Of a DNA stretch of 64,000 bases, positions 45,668-64,000 are shown one piece after another; position 1 is the stretch's first letter; each line of letters begins with the position of its first letter. The translations under genes and the position numbers were made by a program. Below the pieces are notes generated by a model. The model did no database searches. It had not been told where the DNA came from and was given only the letters and a program-made list of their open reading frames with translations. Location of the stretch: NCBI RefSeq assembly GCF_009914755.1, contig NC_060930.1; one strand, written 5' to 3'. The DNA comes from the human T2T-CHM13v2.0 reference genome, Homo sapiens.

Positions 45668-45821
45668 TACAGATGCTCTCCAGCTTAACAATAGGGTTAT
45701 GTCCCAATAAACCCATTATAACTTGAAAATATCTTAAGCTGAAAATGCATTTAATACACCAATAAACCCATCATAAAGTTGAACAATCATAAGCCAAATT
45801 ATAAGTCAGAGACCATCTGTA
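45668..45821. mobile_element. Short Tigger4-like MITE
   Basis: TA-cagatgctctcc..gagaccatctg-TA. Confidence 0.7.
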
Positions 45822-47044
45822 TTAGCTTAAGTCTTGGAATGGTTTATTTTTTAGATGCCATTTAGCCACTTATATTCTCTTCTATTTTATTGTGAGAACT
45901 AATTCCCCTCTTACATTCTGTGCTTGACCCATGCTATACTTAGTGTGAACAAGAGCCACCTTCTTCTCATGACTTCTATTTTTTGTGAAAATTTCCTTCA
46001 CTCATTCATGACATTTGGATTTGAAATCTTACCTACTTAAGTACTTTAAAAAATCATTTTCTACCATCTTTCTTATCAGGAGGCTCTAGTGATTCCTTCT
46101 CCACACTTCTAACTTCTCATCTTCACACTCCTTGTCTTCCTAACTTCACTACAGTAAGTGTTTTACATGTTTAGAACTCAGCTCCTTTACTATGATTGCT
46201 AACCATGTACCTTAAATAAACCGTCTTCTAGTTTTTTGTTTCTTACTCTCAATTATACCTTTTAGAAAAGAATTAAGAGTAGAAAAAGACTGCTACATAG
46301 ACATTCTTATGATCTTCAGAAATGAGCACAGATCATGCTTAATGAAAAAAGATTTCCAAATAATGCTGCATATGTCCAGAGAAAAGGTGGCAGAAATGAC
46401 TGTCATCTGGGGGCACTATTGTCTGGACATGGCCAGTTCTCAGAACTCCAGTCCCTAAATTCCCTTCTAACTAAAGGAAAAGCCTCTTAAGGGTCTTATA
46501 GAAATCCTGCCACTTTCACCTGAAAGAATAATCTTCAGTTATGTGGCACATGGCCAAGAGTAAAAGTCTTTAGTCACTTGGAAGCAGACAGACACTGTAA
46601 TGCTAAATAATTGGACATAACATGGAACTTACTGAGGCCTCAAATATCAATTTTACTTTGGGAAAAAGAGCAGCATCCTTAAAAGTGATTGAAAGTAACT
46701 CAAGTTTATTCCTTAACAGAGTGATGCTTAATCTAACAAAAAACATGTTATATGCACACTCTTCTCCATTACCTTGTAAGAAAACTGGACTAGGAAACAC
46801 AGCTGAAATGGCCAGTTCTGCCTCCATTTCCTAAACCGTGTTATAATTATGTCTATGTGACCAGTAACAGACAATGACCATGATTTATACTTTTTCATAT
46901 GTTTGTTGTTTTGTTTTCAATGTTTGTGGTCTTTCCTCAGTATCAGCTAAGAGGCCATTAACACAGATATCTATTTATGGACATGCGAGACTGTTGTTCA
47001 CCTCTTTTGCAGAATTCATAAAGAAATGATGGGGAAAACACATC

Positions 47045-47447
47045 AAAGATAGAGTGGATAAAGCAAATGTGCCACATATACACCATGGAATACTATGCAG
47101 CCATGAAAAAGAATGAGTTCATGTCCTTTGCAGGGACATTGATGAAGCTGGAAACCATCATTCTCAGCAAAATAACACAGGAACAGAAAACCAAACACTG
47201 AATTTTCTCACTCATAAGTGGGAGTTGAACAATGAGAACACATGGACACAGGGGCCTGTTGGGGGGGGTGGGGGGCAAGGGGAGGAGAGCATTAGGACAA
47301 ATACCTAGTGCTTGAGGAGCTTAAAACCTAGATGACGGGTTGATGGGAGCAGAAAACCACCACGGCACACGTATACCTATGTAACAAACCTGCATGTTCT
47401 GCACATGTATCCCAGAACTTAAAGTAGAATAAAATAAATAAGTAAAT
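47045..47447 (+). mobile_element. L1PA 3' end, 5'-truncated
   Basis: L1 3'UTR with A-rich tail; imperfect TSD aag(a/g)aatgatggg. Confidence 0.9.
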
Positions 47448-48526
47448 AAGGAATGATGGGACAAACAAGTTTCTGTTATTGTCTCTCTACTGACCAAAGG
47501 GTGGTCAGAGAGTATAGGATGAAGCAGATTTGTGATATCCTTGAATAGATCTGCTCTTTACTATGAATTCTATCATCTACTCCCGGCGTATGTGGGAAAG
47601 GGACCAACCTACTTGCCTGGAATTTAGTGAAATTGTTTTCTAGGGGGACCAAGAGTTTCCTCTACTTGATATGAAGTTGGGTGGTTGAAGATGATAGGAT
47701 TGGCTTCTGCTTCCATCAGAATCCTAAAGGGCAGGGTATATGGACTAGTTGGTATTGGATCTTGGAAACTGTGATGCATTGGGAATGGTCACACTCCCAG
47801 AGTTTGTGGACACAAAGAATGTTTTAGTGTTCCCTATACACCAGACACGGGCCATGAAGGAATCTGAAGAGCCTACCAAACCTTGCACAAGAGAAAAGCT
47901 TTACTTGGAACATCATCCAGGCTCAGAGAACACAAATATTTCATTTCCAGTAAGACGTTTCTGGTCTTTTTCTCTTCCTCCCCTTCCCTGAACCTACCCT
48001 AGATGAGCTATGGCCTCAAAGTGCCAGTAGAACATAAGAAGGAAGGAGAACCACACTCATTCCTGCCTTCAACAATTTACACAGGGATAGAAAGAGATTT
48101 ATATTAAATCAAGTTGGGACTTTCAATTATTATATAGTACCAAACAATCTAATTGCTGAACTAAGATATACTTGTGCAATTTAAGGGAATTGTAGAATAG
48201 CATATTAATTAGAATCAAGAAAATAATTCATGAAGTATGCTATAATTCCTACCCAAGCGCAGGGGAATAGCATCTCTAATGAAATTCTCTAAAGAGGCAA
48301 GAGCAGGCACAATGAGTTTTTGTTTGATTAAAGATTCCATTTAGTGCTTATCCAACCTAGCAATTACATTTGTATGCTTCAGATGTTTTAAAAAAATAAA
48401 CAAAAGAAAGTACCTTAAATAAAGAATAGGATCAAATAGTATTTAAACAATTGAGTAAATTAAAAAATTATATGAATTAGATTGATTGAAATTGATACTT
48501 TCCTAATTCTCCTCCTTCAACACACA

Positions 48527-48527
<1 letters not shown>

Positions 48528-48557
<30 letters not shown>
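48528..48557. repeat. (CA)n microsatellite
   Basis: Pure CA run. Confidence 0.95.
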
Positions 48558-48559
<2 letters not shown>

Positions 48560-50547
48560 ATGCATACAAACACATCTGAATTCTATAAAATCATTCTGAC
48601 CTTGATGAGATTCCATAGTTTACTCATGCAACAGAACATAATGTCTAAATGAAGTTTCTGGTCTCTGTTTTACATGGATGATTGAGTAAAATCATTCCCT
48701 ATTCCTGGAAGAATAGCTAAGAAAGGATTCACAGGTGAGGACATGCGTTTTTTCAGAAGATGAGAACAAAGATGAGAAGATGAGAGCAACAGAATGTCCT
48801 ATATCCTAATTCTCTGTGCTGACTTCGGAGTGGCCAATATGATAGAGATGGAAGGAACTCTGAAAACAAATTGCCAGAATTTCTAAGGAACAGGAGATGT
48901 TGAGTGAGTGAATCAAGCCATGGACTGGCTGTATGGGGGCAGCTATTAGAGACAACTACCCTTAGACTTCTTTGGTGATTGGTCAAGCTAATCTTTTCCT
49001 TCAGAGTCTCTCAATTATAAGACTTAGCTTGTGCCATTTAGAACAGACAAGAACACAGAGAATTATAGAACAATCTGACTACAGGTTCTCAAGTTATAGC
49101 AATGAAACTTGTAGTTGGCCGGCAGGAAAATATTCTGAGATGTGGATTCAAAGTTTCTAAGTGTGCACACGTACACACACACACACCCCTACCTGCATGC
49201 ATTTTCTAATTTACAAAGACTACTCAAGTAAAGAGGGGTAATTTCACACCTCAGGAGGTCTGTATAAAGATAACTCTGGTCTTTAAAGCATCAGGTTTCA
49301 GGTAGAGGTGAAGAGAGAATGAATCAAACTCAAACTGCCATCCTCCCAGGTTAAAGATGAGTCCAGTCATCGTGGAGCCCTCTATTAACACAGGACATGC
49401 TAGGAAGGCCCATTAACCCACTGCCCTAGCACATTTGTTAACGTCCTAGTGCATTTGTTGATATCAACAGTTCACAGTTTTTATTCTGATAGGGATCTAT
49501 TCCAGCAGACCAGCTTCTGTGACCTCTCAGGATGCGAAAAAGTAACACAAGAAAAGCTTCTTATGTAGTGAATTGAGAAGGAAATACCTAGATCAATATT
49601 CCCTCAGCACCTCTGGTAGGAAGTCCTTAGTAGGAGAAAAACACCATGAAGACCCTTAGTGCAGAAGGAAAAGGGGGTAGGGGGTGGTGGAAGGGAAGCT
49701 AAAAGAAGGGGCTGGAGGTTCTCAGAATTCAAACCACACAAACAAATGAAGTATTGAGGTCCCAGACTTGATCTGGGCCCAGTGTGAAAGCCCTAACTTA
49801 TTTCTCCAGAAGAATATGTCCTCTGGTTTTAGACTTGGCACTGTGGGGAGAACCAGAGTGATCTATGGTGGATATACACACAAACATAGACACACATATT
49901 TGCATTTAGTAATTTTTGTAAAATTTCCATTTGCTTCTCTGATCCTGTCTGTATCTTTGGGAATAGATGTAAGAATATTACATCTCTCAGGCTTGCTCTG
50001 CCCCAGGTTTCTGAACGTGGAATACATTTCTCCAGTGAAACTCAGTATTATGAGATTTGGGAGGTGGAAGTTAGGCCACAGCCATCTCAGGGACAGGTTT
50101 CACAGACATGAGTTTTGGCAGCAGCCTTGTGTTCTAAAGACATTTACTCCTAGGGGCTCTAGAGGATCTGCAACATCAGCAGAGGCTTCCTGTGGGTTCC
50201 TGATCTTTTAAAATTAGGGGTCTGCAGTGACTTGTGCTCCTCCAGACCCCCTAACAGTTTTAAGGGCTAATTCCCTGTAATATATTCAGTTCTGCTTAGA
50301 CTGATTACAGGGATTCCTATTTCTTGACTGAATTCTCATGGCTATAGTGGCTCGTCACCATTTGACATCACCAAGAAGTCCTCATTCAGGTGCCTTTGGA
50401 AATTCCCTCAAACACACAGGAAATTAGAGTTTGAAAGAAAACGGAGAACCATGAGCACTGTCCAAATAGGAACTTCTCTCCTATCACAGAGAAAGGGAAC
50501 TGAAAGTCATTTCTCAAGTCTCCCAAATTTAGTAATCTCACAAGAAG

Positions 50548-50596
50548 AACCAATCAGTGTTCTAGGACTAAACAGTGTCATAAGTTGCTGAGCAAC
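50548..50596 (-). promoter_or_regulatory. HLA-DRA: Inverted Y'-X' distal enhancer/LCR module of HLA-DRA (about -2.3 kb)
   Basis: Inverted Y box AACCAATCAG 50548-50557, 21-bp spacer, inverted X box (minus strand CTCAGCAACTTATG, followed by TGACA); spacing mirrors the proximal promoter. Confidence 0.85.
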
Positions 50597-51078
50597 AACT
50601 TGGATTGAAGATGCTATTATAATATATGAAATGTCTTTGAATTTACCATGTTTTTCTCAAGCACCATTTAAGAACAAGGCATTATGGCAGCCAGCAAAGG
50701 GCAGACATAGAAAATTATACATGGTTTTGCCTCTAAAAGAGGAGATGACAAGCTTAAATCATAGGATCAGACTCTTAGCACAGACTGATACCATAGGCTC
50801 TCATCTGGCCCATTCTCCTGACTCTTTACCTTTCAGGAAAGGTATTCCTGAAAATTGCAGGAGAGACCATGCTGTAGGTCTCTTTCTAGCGATCTAGGAG
50901 TTAATGCCACAGTGTGTTCAAAGCCCTTTGATGCGATCAGATAATCAGTAATGTATGGAATATTTGTGTTCATAACTTGTGAGAACGGCTGCATGGCAGG
51001 ACAAGACCCCAGCACAACAGTCTGGAAAATCCACCCTAAGCAGACATGTCATGACTGATGTTGAACAATGGACTCACC

Positions 51079-51404
51079 AGCCAGGCACGGTGGCTCATGC
51101 CTGTAATCCCAGCACTTTGGGAGGCAGAAGCAGGCAGATCACGAGGTCAGGAGATCAAAACCATCCTGGTTAACATGGTGCAACCCCGTCTCTACTGAAA
51201 ATACAAAAAAAAAAAAAAAAAAAAAAAATTGGCCGGGCATGGTGGCGGGCGCCTGTAGTCCTAGCTACTCGGGAGGCTGAGGCAGGAGAATGGCGTGAAC
51301 CCAGGAGGCAGAGCTTTCAGTGAGCCGAGATCGTGCCACTGCACTCCAGCCTGGGCGACAGAGCAAGACTTCCGTCTCGAAAACAAAACAACAACAAAAA
51401 AAAC
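51079..51404 (+). mobile_element. Alu
   Basis: Full dimer; TSD aacaatgga(c/t)tcacca. Confidence 0.95.
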
Positions 51405-51705
51405 AATGGATTCACCATCCGATGGGCTCCCTCACTGCCAGGTCACTCTTCATGGAAGTATTTGTATTCCAGTCCTTTCTGTGGAAAGAACTTAACATTC
51501 TCCTTTTCATAACACTGTATCTTCAGAAACAAGAGAGTCGAAGTCTCCTAATTTTCAGGACTGTCTATGTTGAACATCAAAATATATTCTTTAGAGCAGA
51601 TCTTTAATAATCATATGACAAGAGAAAAACTTTCATAATCTTATGACATGAGGGAAGGAATATTAAAGCCGTTCTGTGAGTTATTATCTCTAACGTTCCC
51701 AATAG

Positions 51706-52017
<312 letters not shown>

Positions 52018-52679
52018 GAATAGGCTTTGCCCACTATACTCTCTCATATTCATTGACCTGAATCCTCAAATGAGGTGTGTCCATTAGTCAACTCCAATCT
52101 CTTGTCATACATAAGATGGTAGAGATGAGAAGAAGGTAGCTCCTTTACAGCCCACTATTTCCACTAACTACTACCTGTGTTTCAAGATACAGCCTTTCAT
52201 CCTTCTCCAGTGTTGAGAGTGTTGAACCTCAGAGTTTCTCCTCTCATTTTCTCTAAATGAGATACAATGCCAGCCATCCCAAGCTCTTGGCCTGAGTTGA
52301 TCATCTTGAAGTCTAGGACTCCAAGAAGCATGAAAGAGCTTCTTTAGTGAAGCTATGTCCTCAGTACTGCCAAAATTCAGACAATCTCCATGGCCTGACA
52401 ATTTACCTTCTATTTGGGTAATTTATTGTCCCTTACGCAAACTCTCCAACTGTCATTGCACAGACATATGATCTGTATTTAGCTCTCACTTTAGGTGTTT
52501 CCATTGATTCTATTCTCACTAATGTGCTTCAGGTATATCCCTGTCTAGAAGTCAGATTGGGGTTAAAGAGTCTGTCCGTGATTGACTAACAGTCTTAAAT
52601 ACTTGATTTGTTGTTGTTGTTGTCCTGTTTGTTTAAGAACTTTACTTCTTTATCCAATGAACGGAGTATCTTGTGTCCT

Positions 52680-52811
52680 GGACCCTTTGCAAGAACCCTT
52701 CCCCTAGCAACAGATGCGTCATCTCAAAATATTTTTCTGATTGGCCAAAGAGTAATTGATTTGCATTTTAATGGTCAGACTCTATTACACCCCACATTCT
52801 CTTTTCTTTTA
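52680..52811 (+). promoter_or_regulatory. HLA-DRA: HLA-DRA proximal promoter (S/W, X1, X2, Y, octamer); TSS about 52811
   Basis: S GGACCCT 52680-86; X1 CCTAGCAACAGATG 52703-16; X2 TGCGTCA 52715-21; Y CTGATTGGCC 52737-46; octamer ATTTGCAT 52759-66. Confidence 0.97.
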
Positions 52812-52874
52812 TTCTTGTCTGTTCTGCCTCACTCCCGAGCTCTACTGACTCCCAAAAGAGCGCCCAAGAAGAAA

Positions 52875-56832
<3,958 letters not shown>

Positions 56833-57104
56833 GGCACATGGAGGTGAGTTAGGTGTGGTCAGAGGAAGACATATATGGAGATATCTGAGGGAGGAAAACA
56901 GGGTGGGGAAAGGAAATGTAATGCATTTAAGAGACAAGGTAGGAACAGATGTGGCTCTTGATTTCTCTTTGCTAGAATGAATCAGACATTGGTATCATCT
57001 GGTATCCCAAAGCTTCAGGGTCTGTCATCCCTTTCTATAGACGGGCACCTTGATCACGGCTCCAGTCTTAGAAATCATCTCCAGTACCTAAAACCATTGT
57101 TTCA

Positions 57105-57197
57105 CATTAGAATACTGAGTCTAGGGATCTAGAAAATACATTAGAATATGGAGTCTAGGGATCTAGAAAATACTGAGTCTAGGGATCTAGAAAAATA
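57105..57197. repeat. Short tandem repeat (gagtctagggatctagaaaata core, 3 copies) in DRA intron 4
   Basis: 34-bp units at 57105 and 57139, partial third copy. Confidence 0.9.
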
Positions 57198-57581
57198 AGC
57201 CTCAAGATTTGGGCACATCCTAGCTTGTATTTCCTGGGGCAGGTCATCAGTTCAGAAGCATTTCCAGATCCTGGCTCCTTTCAGGTTAGGGTCAATTCAT
57301 TGCATGAAATGGGAATCTCTTAGAGGCCAATGCCTGCTTTTGCTTCTTTAGTCTCAAATGTAGTATGAGAAACTCTAAAAAAAGGTAAAGCATGGTTGCT
57401 TATTATGTTCAGTTGGAGAGTAGGAACTAACTGTATACAGTTAGTTCATGTTGGAAAGGTTAGATGAACATTGAAAGAATTTTGCAAAGTCAAAGGATTA
57501 AGAGAGAAGAGGAAGGAATCTGAAGCAAGGAGCTCAAAACGGATCTTAAATTCCTTGGTAACTATGTGTGTCTTGCTATAG

Positions 57582-57970
57582 GTGATGGTGTTTCTTAGAG
57601 AGAAGATCACTGAAGAAACTTCTGCTTTAATGACTTTACAAAGCTGGCAATATTACAATCCTTGACCTCAGTGAAAGCAGTCATCTTCAGCGTTTTCCAG
57701 CCCTATAGCCACCCCAAGTGTGGTTATGCCTCCTCGATTGCTCCGTACTCTAACATCTAGCTGGCTTCCCTGTCTATTGCCTTTTCCTGTATCTATTTTC
57801 CTCTATTTCCTATCATTTTATTATCACCATGCAATGCCTCTGGAATAAAACATACAGGAGTCTGTCTCTGCTATGGAATGCCCCATGGGGCATCTCTTGT
57901 GTACTTATTGTTTAAGGTTTCCTCAAACTGTGATTTTTCTGAACACAATAAACTATTTTGATGATCTTGG
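57582..57970 (+). other. HLA-DRA: HLA-DRA exon 5 (3'UTR) with two AATAAA signals
   Basis: Acceptor tcttgctatag|GTG; AATAAA at 57844-57849 and 57947-57952. Confidence 0.9.
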
Positions 57971-59075
57971 GTGGAATTTTTGGTGTTTAAGCCAGTTCTT
58001 TGGGTGGCGGTGGGGGGTGGGGAGTCGGTCCTGGGGAATATATGTGATCCTTTCCCGGTAAAATATCTGAATGTTGAATTTATCTTATAAATTCTAGAAT
58101 TCATCAGACATATCCCGGTTCATTTGGGCTTGGTCTCATTTTGTGCATCTGCAGGCAACCCTCTTGTTGTGGTCTAGTCCTCATCAGGAAAACCTAAAGT
58201 GGGGTTGGTTTGTTGGGAGATCTCTACTGAGCAATGATATAACTCTGTCTTCAGTAGAGTGAATCTGAAACCCCAAGGTATGGATCTCAGAATGCATGGG
58301 ATAGAGGGGAGCAGATGGGGTTAGAGTGGGGAGAAGGAAGACAGAAGAATCCATAAACATTGCAGGATTTACATATCAACATCGTTCATTCCAGATTTAA
58401 TGAGCAAAGAGGTTGGACACTGAAGACTGGCCTTACCCATTCTGTTAGACATAGTCTCAGATGCCTATTTTATTACCGAGAGAGTAGTCTGACTGATTCT
58501 TGAAACCACCTTATATTTGAAGATGTGTCTTTGAGTGGAAAAGCTGAGTGAAATTTGGGGTTGGGGAGAAAGATATGACATTAAGATGAGAGGAAGGAAT
58601 ATTTGAAACACAATGAACTGTTGCTCATTTGTCTATAAAACTATGACTTGATATTTATCTCTAAAATAGTTTCTAGAACCTGCCATAAACCACTAAGATA
58701 AACTATTCATGATAGTGTGGTAGACTGCAAATAAATGCTGTTGAAATGAGTTAGGCTTGGGTTTCATCTTGGCTGTATCATTTACTAGCTATGTTTTCAC
58801 TGGTATCTTACTTAACTTAGCCTCACATTACTCATGAAAATACTGGTGTTAATTTTTACTACATTGAATTAATATCAGAATTAAAAGGAAAACGCAAGCA
58901 AAGTAATTAGATACATGCTTAGTGATAATAAAATATTGCAAAAAATTATACATTCTGTTGTTTTTCTCAAAATTTCTATAGACTGATGATAAAAATCTAA
59001 GAGAAGCTAAACAAAACAAGGATAAACCAAAGCATCATGACATTCTAAGCCTTACTAATAAATAAGAAGTTTCTC

Positions 59076-59398
<323 letters not shown>

Positions 59399-59564
59399 TC
59401 AAAGCAGAATCTTGAGACTACTGATGGTAGAATAGGTACGAGTGTCTTTCTTACATGACTACAAACTTTATTATAAAATAAATAGCTTAACACAGAGAAT
59501 ACACTAAAACTTAGACAAGCATGGATTAAGAAAGCAAAAAGTAAACCCATATACTACCATGTAA

Positions 59565-61470
<1,906 letters not shown>

Positions 61471-61474
61471 TAGC

Positions 61475-62051
<577 letters not shown>

Positions 62052-62052
<1 letters not shown>

Positions 62053-62555
62053 AGGAAGGAAGGGAGGGAAGAAGCAAGGAAGGAAGGAAGGAAGGAAGGA
62101 GAAAAAAGAAGGGAGGGAGGGAGGAAGGAAGAAAGGAAAGATGGAAGAAAGGAAGGAAGGGAGGGAGGAGAAAGAGAAAGAAAAAGAAGGAAGGAAGAAG
62201 GGAAGGAGGGAGGGAAGGGAGGAAGGGAGGGAGGGTGAAAGGAAGGAAAGAAGGAAGGAAGGAGAAAGAAAAGGAAGAGAGAAAGAGAAAGGAAAAGAAG
62301 GAAGGAAGAAGGGAAGGAGGGAGGGAAGGGAGGAAGGGAGGGAGGGTGAAAGGAAGGAAAGAAGGAAGGAAGGAGAAAGAAAAGGAAGAGAGAAAGAGAA
62401 AGAAAAAAGAAAGAAGAAAGAAAGAGAGAGAAGGAAAGGAAAGAAAGAAGGAAAGGAAAGAAAGAAAAAGAAAAAGGAAGGAAGGAAAGAAGGAAGGAAG
62501 GAAGAAAGAAAAAGAAAGAAGGAAGGAAAGAAAGAAAGAAAGAGAAAGAAAGAAA
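62052..62555. repeat. ~500-bp polypurine (GA-rich) tract with an internal ~111-bp duplication
   Basis: Almost only A/G; gagggtgaaagg recurs at 62231 and 62342. Confidence 0.9.
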
Positions 62556-62579
62556 CCGATAAACTATTCTCTAATTGCT

Positions 62580-64000
62580 TTGTGGGAGTATGGCCACTTT
62601 CATCATATTGATTTTTCCTTTTTTTTTTTTTTTTTTTTTTTTTTTTGCGATAGAGTCTGGCTCTGTCGCCCAGGCTGGAGTGCAATGGCGTGATTTCGGC
62701 TCACTGAAACCTCTGCCTCCTGGGTTCAGGTGATTCTCCTGCCTCAGCCTCCCTAGTAGCTGGGATTACAGGTGCACACCATCACGCCTGGATAATTTTT
62801 TTGTATTTTTACTAGAGATGGGGTTTCACCATGTTGGCCAGGTTGGTCTCAAATTCCTGACCTCAGGTGATTTGCCTGCCTTGGCCTCCGGAAGTGCTAG
62901 GATTACAGATGTGAGCCACCGCGCCCAGACAATATTGATTCTTCCTTTTCCATGAACATGATATTTTTTTCCATTTATTTGTGTCATCTCTGAGTTCTTT
63001 GAGCAGTGGTTTGTAGTTTTCCTTGTAGAGATCTTTCTCCTCCCTAGTTAGCTGTATTCCTAGGTATTTCGTGTGTGTGTGGCAATCGTGAATGGGATTA
63101 CATTCCTGATTTGGCTCTCAGCTTGACTGTTGTGGTGTATAGGAATGTTAGTAATTTTTCCACATTAATTTTGAATGCCAAGACTTTGCTGAAGTTGTTC
63201 ATTAGCTTAAAGAGCTTTTGGGCTGAGACTATGGGGTTTTCTTGATATAGGATCATGCCATCTGCAAATAGGCATAGTTCAATTTCCTCTCTTCCTGTTT
63301 GGATGCCTTTAATTCTTTTTCTTGCTTGTTGCCCTGGCCAAGACTTCCAATACTATGTTGGATAGGAGTAGTGAGAGAGGGTATCCTTGTCTTGCGCTGG
63401 TTTTCAAGGGGAATGCTTCTAGCTTTTTCCCATTTAGTATGGTATTAGCTGTGGGGTTGTCACAGAAGGCTCTTATTATTTTAAGTTATGTTCACTTACT
63501 ACTCAGTTTATTAAGAGTTTTTAACATGAAGGGATATTGAATTTTATCAAAAACCATTCCTGCATCTATTGAGCTAATCATGTGGTTTCTGTCTTTAGTA
63601 CTGCTTATGTAATGAATCAAATTTATTGATTTGCATATGTTGAACTAACCTTGCATCACCAAGATAAAGCATACTTGATCATTGTAGATTAGCTTTTTAA
63701 TGTACTGCTGGATTCAGTTTGCCAGTATTTCGTGGAGGATTTTTGCATCAATCTTCATCAATAATATTTGCCTGAAGTTTTCTTTTGTGTGTGTGTCTGC
63801 CAGGTTTTGGTGCTGATCCTGATGATGCTGGCCTCATAGAATGAGTTAGAGAGGTATCCCTCTTCCTCAATTTTTTGGAATAATTATAACAGGAATGGTA
63901 CCAGCTCTTCTTTGTACATCAGGCAGAATTCAGCTGTGAATTATTCTAGTCCTAGGGGTTTTTTTTGTTTGGTAGTCTACTTATTACTGATTTAATTTCT
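62580..64000 (-). mobile_element. L1P ORF2 fragment interrupted by an Alu (62619-62930, minus)
   Basis: L1 RT-region sequence; Alu TSD atattgatt(t/c)ttcct. Confidence 0.85.

Overview
Human (primate) genomic DNA from the MHC class II/class III border on chromosome 6p21.3. It holds the complete BTNL2 gene on the minus strand (7 coding exons, 482 aa, CDS 20045..6892) and the complete HLA-DRA gene on the plus strand (4 coding exons, 254 aa, CDS 52875..56832). DRA has its S-X-Y-octamer promoter and an inverted Y'-X' distal enhancer about 2.3 kb upstream. The roughly 33 kb between the genes is mostly repeats (Alu, L1, ERV LTRs, Tigger/MER DNA transposons) plus two strong CTCF motifs. The most notable unexplained structure is a pair of fossil B30.2/PRY-SPRY exons. 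One (6312..~5810, minus) lies directly downstream of BTNL2 and appears to have been cut off by a frameshift in the transmembrane exon. The other (1..565, plus) is the tail of a second, dead butyrophilin-like gene facing BTNL2. Other highlights are a circularly permuted L1 fragment, a human-specific L1HS-Ta insertion, a MER41B LTR carrying STAT1 and RFX motifs, a ~100-bp inverted duplication and the truncating BTNL2 splice allele. Repeat family names and rs identifiers are from recognition, not database searches, and repeat boundaries are approximate.
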